From positions 1 through 12,566 of the forward strand of contig CAZGJX010000110.1 in the NCBI GenBank assembly GCA_964525635.1: a DNA stretch of 12,566 bases, given 5' to 3'. Shown piece by piece: positions 7,457 to 12,566 of this stretch (positions are counted from its first letter, which is position 1; each line of letters begins with the position of its first letter). A program made the position numbers and the translations under genes. The notes under the pieces are model-generated. The model searched no databases. It was given only the letters and a program-made list of their open reading frames with translations, and was not told the origin of the DNA. The DNA is from an uncultured archaeon (GTDB lineage: Archaea; Asgardarchaeota; Lokiarchaeia; Sigyniarchaeales; SOKP01).

Positions 7457-10400
7457 ATGAAAAAAAGAAATGGAGTATATATATATAAGATGAGAACCCT
7501 AAAATTGGATTCAGGAAATAGAATGAACAAAAGTCCATTTATCTTAGTTTTAATACTCATTTTAAGTATAAATATTATCCTTTTTCTAAATTCAGGATAT
7601 TCTATATTAGAAAATGATTCTAGGAGAAATTCAAGTAATAATTATAATGGATTATTAGAAAATTCAGATTACTGGGATCTTTCAAATATCTTTATTAACG
7701 ATAGTGCAACTGGTTTAGGGGCTCATAATTGGACATGGGCTGTAAACCAAGACTGGTGTAATGGTTCAGGTGCATGGGATGATCCATATGTAATTGAAAA
7801 TATCACCATAAATGGATTGGGGAATTTAGTTCCAATCCATATAACCGATTCTGATAAATATTTTATTATCAGAAATTGTACTCTTTATAATTCACCATTT
7901 TTTTCAGAGCGTGATCGATATGTAGGTGGAATTCTTTTGGAAAATGTAAGTAAAGGAATAATAGAAAATAATAACTGCTTTGAAAATAGTAATGAAGGAA
8001 TTATTTTAAAATATAGTAGAAATTGTACAGTAAAACAAAATATAGTTAATCTAAATAACAATGGTATTACACTTTTTTATAGTAATAGTTGCACAATTAA
8101 AGAAAATACTGTTGAATTCAATATTAATAATGGAATAGAATTATATTATAGTAATAATAGTATAATTGAAGAAAATACTATTGAATCCAATTGGTATAGT
8201 CAAATTGCATTATCTTGGAGTAATAATATTGATGTGATTAAGAATAAGATCAATAATAATGGGGAAATTGGGATGGGCATCATAGGTAATACTCAGGATT
8301 CTTATATATTTAAAAATAACATAAGTAAGGGGTATTATGGTATTTCAGTTGGTGGTTATAATAATCTCATTAAAAATAACTGTATCTATAATTGCACCTT
8401 GAATGGAATAACTATAAGAGACTATGAAATAATACCTACAATAACTATAGAATCTATGAATAACACTATAATTGATAATAATTGTATTAATATAACAATT
8501 GATGGAATTTCAATCATGGATATGGCTCATAATACTTTTGTAAGAAATAATACTATCATTAATTCTAATTCCAATGGAATAATCGATAGAGGTGATAATT
8601 CCACTTTATATAATAATAAAGTACTTTTTTCTAAATATGGCATTTTTATAGAGAGTTATGCTGATAATGGTAATTATTCATATAATCTCATAAAAAGATG
8701 TGAAATTGGAGCCTATTTTTCTGGAAATGGGGAGAGTCATATAATTAAAAATAATGAATTAAAAATGTGTGGAATCTTTTTGAATCAAGAAGATTCTTTA
8801 TGGGACCTCACATCATATGAAATTGATACTTCAAATAAAGTAAATAACAGACCCATTTATTATTTTGCCAATTCTAGAAATTTAAATACTGTAAATTTTA
8901 CAAATTATGGGCCTCCAGGACAAATTATACTTATTAACTGTGAAGATTCAATAATTTCTAATTTTAAAATAATTAATTCGTCTTATAGTATAGTAATCTT
9001 ATATTCAAATAATATAACTCTCAGTAATAATAATGCTATCAATAACACACTTAGTAGTTTCTTTTTATATTTTGCTATTAATTGTAATATCATTAATAAT
9101 AATATTTCTTCAAATTATGGCAATGGATTAATTGTAGATAATTGTTTTAATCTTTCATTCGAATATAATTTATTTGAAAATAATGATATTAGTGGTATTT
9201 ATTTAACAAGAAGTACACAAATGAAAATTGAAAATAATACCTTTTATAAAAATAAAATTCATGGTATTGATTTTGATGGATTATGTACTGATAATGAAAT
9301 TATTAATAATACAATTACAGGTTATTATCAAATTGGAATAAATATCGTAAATTCAGGGAATATTAATATTTTAAATAATAAAATAAGTGATACTACTTTT
9401 ATTGGGCTTAATTTAGAATCTAGTGAAGATATTTTTATAAAAGATAATAGAATTAACAAATGTAATATTGGGATTAATCTTAATCTTATCAATAACTTAA
9501 AAATAGAAAATAATATAATCTCAGATAACTCATATGATGGAATTATAATTGTAAATTCAAAAGAAGTTGAGATTATAAACAATACTATTAAAGATAATCG
9601 CTATAATGGATTATATTTAAGTAATACAAATACTACTTTTCAATTATATAATATCATCATATATAATAACATATTCGAGAATAATCTAAATTCTATATAC
9701 CTTGGACCAAACACATTTAATATTACAATTGATTCTAATTTTATCAGTTTTAGTGTTTATGGTATTGTTATGGATAATTGTTTTAATTCAACTTTTAAGA
9801 GGAATAATTTCACTAATAATTATAAAGGTATTATAATAACAGAAGATTCGGGAGGTAATTTAATTTACCTTAATGAATTTTATAAAAATATTATACATGC
9901 GGAGGATGATGGAAGTAATAATAATTGGGATAATGGAACTATAGGTAATTATTGGGACGATTATAAAGGTAATGATCTAAATGGTGATGGTATTGGTGAA
10001 TTATATTATTCCATTTCTGGAAATGCTAATTCAGTAGATCGCTTTCCAATTTATAAACCTGATCATGAAAAACCTGATGATGAAAATCCCTTCTATGCTA
10101 TGATTACTGCTTTAATTAACAATCTTTTATCACCTATTAGTATATTAAGTGCTTCTATTATTATTACTTGTTCTATATTGGTTTTTTTACTTACTAGGAA
10201 AGAATATTTTCCTGGAAATGTCTTAGGAAACCCTGAAGGTGATTTTATTTTTAAGAATAAAAATCATATATTAAATAACTTCATTAATTCAGATGAATTA
10301 TTAGAGTTTAATCCTATAATTCAAGATTATCTTGTTGCTTCTTTAAAGCCATTAGATCTAAAAAAAATTGACAAATTAGATTTACCCCTTGATGAAAAAA

Positions 10401-10492
10401 ATAAATTTATAGCAGAATTCATTAATCTTAATTCAAGAGAAAGAAAAGAAATTATTAATGAAATGTTAAAAAGTCAAAAAGAAAATTTATAA
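7457..10492 (+). CDS. Right-handed parallel beta-helix (NosD/CASH-like) membrane protein with C-terminal TM and ~99-aa cytoplasmic tail (1011 aa; alternative start at 7523)
   Basis: Many G-I-x-L-x-x-S-x-N-x-x-I-x-x-N-x-I-x-x-N repeats. N-cap GSGAWDDPYVIENITI; C-cap NWDNGTIGNYWDDY.G.D.NGDGIG...Y.I.G....DRFP. N-terminal hydrophobic segment FILVLILILSINIILFL and a TM at 10136-10192 followed by RK. Confidence 0.85.
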   Translation: MKKRNGVYIYKMRTLKLDSGNRMNKSPFILVLILILSINIILFLNSGYSILENDSRRNSSNNYNGLLENSDYWDLSNIFINDSATGLGAHNWTWAVNQDWCNGSGAWDDPYVIENITINGLGNLVPIHITDSDKYFIIRNCTLYNSPFFSERDRYVGGILLENVSKGIIENNNCFENSNEGIILKYSRNCTVKQNIVNLNNNGITLFYSNSCTIKENTVEFNINNGIELYYSNNSIIEENTIESNWYSQIALSWSNNIDVIKNKINNNGEIGMGIIGNTQDSYIFKNNISKGYYGISVGGYNNLIKNNCIYNCTLNGITIRDYEIIPTITIESMNNTIIDNNCINITIDGISIMDMAHNTFVRNNTIINSNSNGIIDRGDNSTLYNNKVLFSKYGIFIESYADNGNYSYNLIKRCEIGAYFSGNGESHIIKNNELKMCGIFLNQEDSLWDLTSYEIDTSNKVNNRPIYYFANSRNLNTVNFTNYGPPGQIILINCEDSIISNFKIINSSYSIVILYSNNITLSNNNAINNTLSSFFLYFAINCNIINNNISSNYGNGLIVDNCFNLSFEYNLFENNDISGIYLTRSTQMKIENNTFYKNKIHGIDFDGLCTDNEIINNTITGYYQIGINIVNSGNINILNNKISDTTFIGLNLESSEDIFIKDNRINKCNIGINLNLINNLKIENNIISDNSYDGIIIVNSKEVEIINNTIKDNRYNGLYLSNTNTTFQLYNIIIYNNIFENNLNSIYLGPNTFNITIDSNFISFSVYGIVMDNCFNSTFKRNNFTNNYKGIIITEDSGGNLIYLNEFYKNIIHAEDDGSNNNWDNGTIGNYWDDYKGNDLNGDGIGELYYSISGNANSVDRFPIYKPDHEKPDDENPFYAMITALINNLLSPISILSASIIITCSILVFLLTRKEYFPGNVLGNPEGDFIFKNKNHILNNFINSDELLEFNPIIQDYLVASLKPLDLKKIDKLDLPLDEKNKFIAEFINLNSRERKEIINEMLKSQKENL

Positions 10493-10499
10493 TTTTTTT
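10493..10499 (+). terminator. Possible oligo-T terminator after the beta-helix gene
   Basis: T7 directly after the stop codon; weak evidence in such AT-rich DNA. Confidence 0.35.
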
Positions 10500-10650
10500 A
10501 AGAAATCCTATATATGAAAATAAATAATCTATTATAATTTTATTATATTTACAAAAATGTCTTATATATTATAATTAACTAGAGAGTTTTCTTATGTAAC
10601 TTAATCCAAAACCTAATGATTTCTCATTATTAATCCTTTTTTTTTCTGTT

Positions 10651-10684
10651 AAAATTTCACTTTTTGTCCATATGTATTTATAAA
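10651..10684 (+). promoter_or_regulatory. 20-bp motif (10651-10670) plus TATA box TTTATAAA (10677-10684) upstream of scaffoldin C
   Basis: Exact motif copy, 6-bp gap, consensus TATA box. Confidence 0.75.
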
Positions 10685-10744
10685 AAAATTCCTCTTTGAT
10701 TTTATTAAATAAATATATAAAAAAAAATAGAGGAATATTTAAAA

Positions 10745-12376
10745 CTGAAACATCGAAAAATTACAACTGTTCTAACGTTAAATACGGTATTCATAGGTTT
10801 CTTCTTAATGATGAATATTAATTTATCAACAACAGAGTCTTCTATTTCTAAAACGCTTAATCTATCTGCAAGTGGAGATGTATGGTTCAGCTCAATTCCA
10901 ACCCAAACTGTTGGTGACACTTTTGAGACTGAGATCTATGTTGATACTAATAGTCAGAGTTTAGCCACTTATGGATTAAGGATTGTTTATAATGAAAGTG
11001 TTATTCAAATAGCAAGTGTTAATGATGTAATTGCTGGTGCTGAAGGATTTGTTTCTACTGTCAATGTTGATAATGCTAATGGATTCGTTACTATAATTGG
11101 AATCGATGAAATGGGTGTAGACCCAAGCTCTCAACTCCATTTATTAACCATTAACTGGTCTGCGGTTGACGCAGGTACTAGTTCATTAGATTTAACCATT
11201 GACACTTTATCAGATATAGATTTCTTCGATATAGGTACTCCTAACGCTATTGATAGTAGTGTAGAGGTTAAAGAACCTCCTCAAGCTCCAGTTCTTAGTT
11301 TTCCAGTAGCTTTTTACTATCGAGAAGGTACTACAGGACATTCAATTACTTGGATAGCAACAGATGATAATCCTACAACCTATAATATTACTCGAATAAA
11401 AATGCCAGATTACCAAAATGTAACTCAAATAGCCTCTGGTTCTTATAGTTCTGGAGATTCAATAACAATTACTGTTGATGGGTTATCAGTAGGTACTTAT
11501 CACTATACCTGTACCGTTTATGATGGAGATGGATTATCTAAATTAACCATGACTATGGTAAAAGTCGTTCCTAAACGGGGTGGAAATGTATGGTTCAGCT
11601 CAGTATCAACCCAAACCGTTGGTGACATTTTTGAGACTGAGATCTATGTCAATACAAGTAATCAGAAGTTGGCTGGTTATGGATTTGATATTAGATGGAA
11701 TCAAAATATCCTTAATGTTCAAGGTGGATATGATGGGATCACTGCAGGTGCCGATGGATTCCTACCATACGCTATTGTTGACAATAATGCCGGTACTATG
11801 ATGCTTACTGGATTTGATCCCAATGGAGTAGGTCCTAATAATCAACTTCATTTATTAACTATTACCTGGATCGCAATTGGCATAGGTAACAGTCCATTAA
11901 ATTTATTCATTGACGATTTACTAGATACAGATTTAAACACATTAGGTATTCCTCAAGATTTTGATGCTAGTGTAGAGGTTGAAGATATACCTACACAAGC
12001 TCCCGTTCTTAATTCTCCTGCTAATGTTTCCTATCAAGAAGGTGAAACTGGAAATTCTATTACCTGGATAGCAACAGATTATAATCCTACAACCTATACT
12101 ATAACTCAAAATGATACTCAAGAAGCTTCTGGTTCATGGAGTTCTGATAATCCAATCACAATAAATGTTGATGGATTATCTTTTGGTTTATATATTTATA
12201 TAATTACCGTAAATGATGGAAGTGGAAACAATGCAACTGATTCTGTTTATGTTTTAGTATATAAAGTACCTGAACCACCCGGAGGCGGAGAGATTCCTGG
12301 ATATGATTTATTTATCTTTCTAGGAAGTTTATGGATTACGGTCCTTGCTATGATATATCTAAGGAGAAGAAGATAA
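10745..12376 (+). CDS. Scaffoldin-like surface protein C: signal, (cohesin-Ig)x2, IPGY/TM/basic anchor. The homologous start codon is CTG at 10745; the first ATG is at 10808.
   Basis: The in-frame upstream extension reads (L)KHRKITTVLTLNTVFIGFFLMMNIN, matching MKHRKITTILILSTVF(M/I)GFFLTMNIN of genes 2 and 3. Cohesin-like modules at 10874-11269 and 11582-11983; Ig-like at 11285-11566 and 11999-12259; anchor at 12293-12376. Confidence 0.8.
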   Translation: MKHRKITTVLTLNTVFIGFFLMMNINLSTTESSISKTLNLSASGDVWFSSIPTQTVGDTFETEIYVDTNSQSLATYGLRIVYNESVIQIASVNDVIAGAEGFVSTVNVDNANGFVTIIGIDEMGVDPSSQLHLLTINWSAVDAGTSSLDLTIDTLSDIDFFDIGTPNAIDSSVEVKEPPQAPVLSFPVAFYYREGTTGHSITWIATDDNPTTYNITRIKMPDYQNVTQIASGSYSSGDSITITVDGLSVGTYHYTCTVYDGDGLSKLTMTMVKVVPKRGGNVWFSSVSTQTVGDIFETEIYVNTSNQKLAGYGFDIRWNQNILNVQGGYDGITAGADGFLPYAIVDNNAGTMMLTGFDPNGVGPNNQLHLLTITWIAIGIGNSPLNLFIDDLLDTDLNTLGIPQDFDASVEVEDIPTQAPVLNSPANVSYQEGETGNSITWIATDYNPTTYTITQNDTQEASGSWSSDNPITINVDGLSFGLYIYIITVNDGSGNNATDSVYVLVYKVPEPPGGGEIPGYDLFIFLGSLWITVLAMIYLRRRR

Positions 12377-12384
12377 TAATAATA

Positions 12385-12397
12385 TTTTTTTTTTTTT
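12385..12397 (+). terminator. Probable oligo-T terminator after scaffoldin C
   Basis: T13 run after TAATAATAA. Confidence 0.55.
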
Positions 12398-12566
12398 AAT
12401 TTTAGAATTTTTAACTATTTATTCTTCGGTGAAACTCCAACCTAATTCTTTATTAACAAAAAACATCATTTTAAAAATAGCCTAAGAAATAAGGGGTGGA
12501 ATTTAATGAAAAAATAGAAAAAAAACTCCTTGCGAACTAAAGTTCGCTTCTAATCACAAAACTTTT

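Larger units (their letters stand above)
6146..11566 (+). repeat. 283-bp repeat between genes 3 and 5 (6146-6428 vs 11284-11566; one mismatch at 6406/11544), encoding the first Ig-like module
   Basis: Compared by eye; both copies share the distinctive RIKMPDYQNVTQ insertion. Confidence 0.9.

Noticed and set aside
9328-9582. Minus-strand 84-aa hydrophobic ORF
   Set aside because: Antisense shadow of the Asn/Ile-rich beta-helix codons.
9974-10000. DLNGDGIGE in gene 4 as a possible dockerin
   Set aside because: Single loop with no duplicated helix; it is part of the usual C-terminal cap of NosD-type beta-helix proteins.
115-10670. 20-bp repeat as a CRISPR array or IS end
   Set aside because: Copies are kilobases apart, sit at promoter positions, and have no spacers, cas genes or transposase.
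10705-10920. Minus-strand 71-aa ORF
   Set aside because: Overlaps the signal-peptide region of scaffoldin C, which homology supports on the + strand.
11580-11801. Alternative-frame 73-aa ORF inside gene 5
   Set aside because: Out-of-frame overlap with a conserved cohesin-like module; no independent support.
2949-12376. Genes 2, 3 and 5 as plain S-layer or adhesin proteins
   Set aside because: Not fully excluded, but repeat length, cohesin-like motifs, adjacency to a dockerin enzyme and the shared upstream motif favour scaffoldins.
214-12376. Ordinary clostridial cip-cel cluster
   Set aside because: No CBM3a, X2, SLH or GH48, and no GC-rich hairpin terminators. Anchors, promoters and the beta-helix gene look archaeal.

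Overview
Very AT-rich window with five co-oriented (+ strand) genes for secreted or cell-surface proteins. The host is most likely an archaeon of the Lokiarchaeia/Promethearchaeota (Asgard) type. This is inferred from IPGY-TM-basic C-terminal sorting signals resembling Loki-CTERM, an Asgard-type Ig-like repeat, a NosD/CASH beta-helix protein, TATA boxes and oligo-T terminators. Gene 1 is a modular cellulase: signal, GH9 catalytic domain with intact catalytic motifs, CBM3c, Ig-like domain and a C-terminal dockerin. Genes 2, 3 and 5 are paralogous scaffoldin-like proteins of alternating cohesin-like and Ig-like modules (3+2+2 = 7 cohesin-like domains), each ending in a membrane anchor. Gene 4 is a membrane-anchored parallel beta-helix protein. 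All five genes are preceded by the identical 20-bp sequence AAAATTTCACTTTTTGTCCA, which in four cases lies 6 bp upstream of a TATA box. Together this looks like a co-regulated, cell-anchored cellulosome-like system in an archaeon. Taxonomy and cohesin identity come from pattern recognition only; no searches were run.
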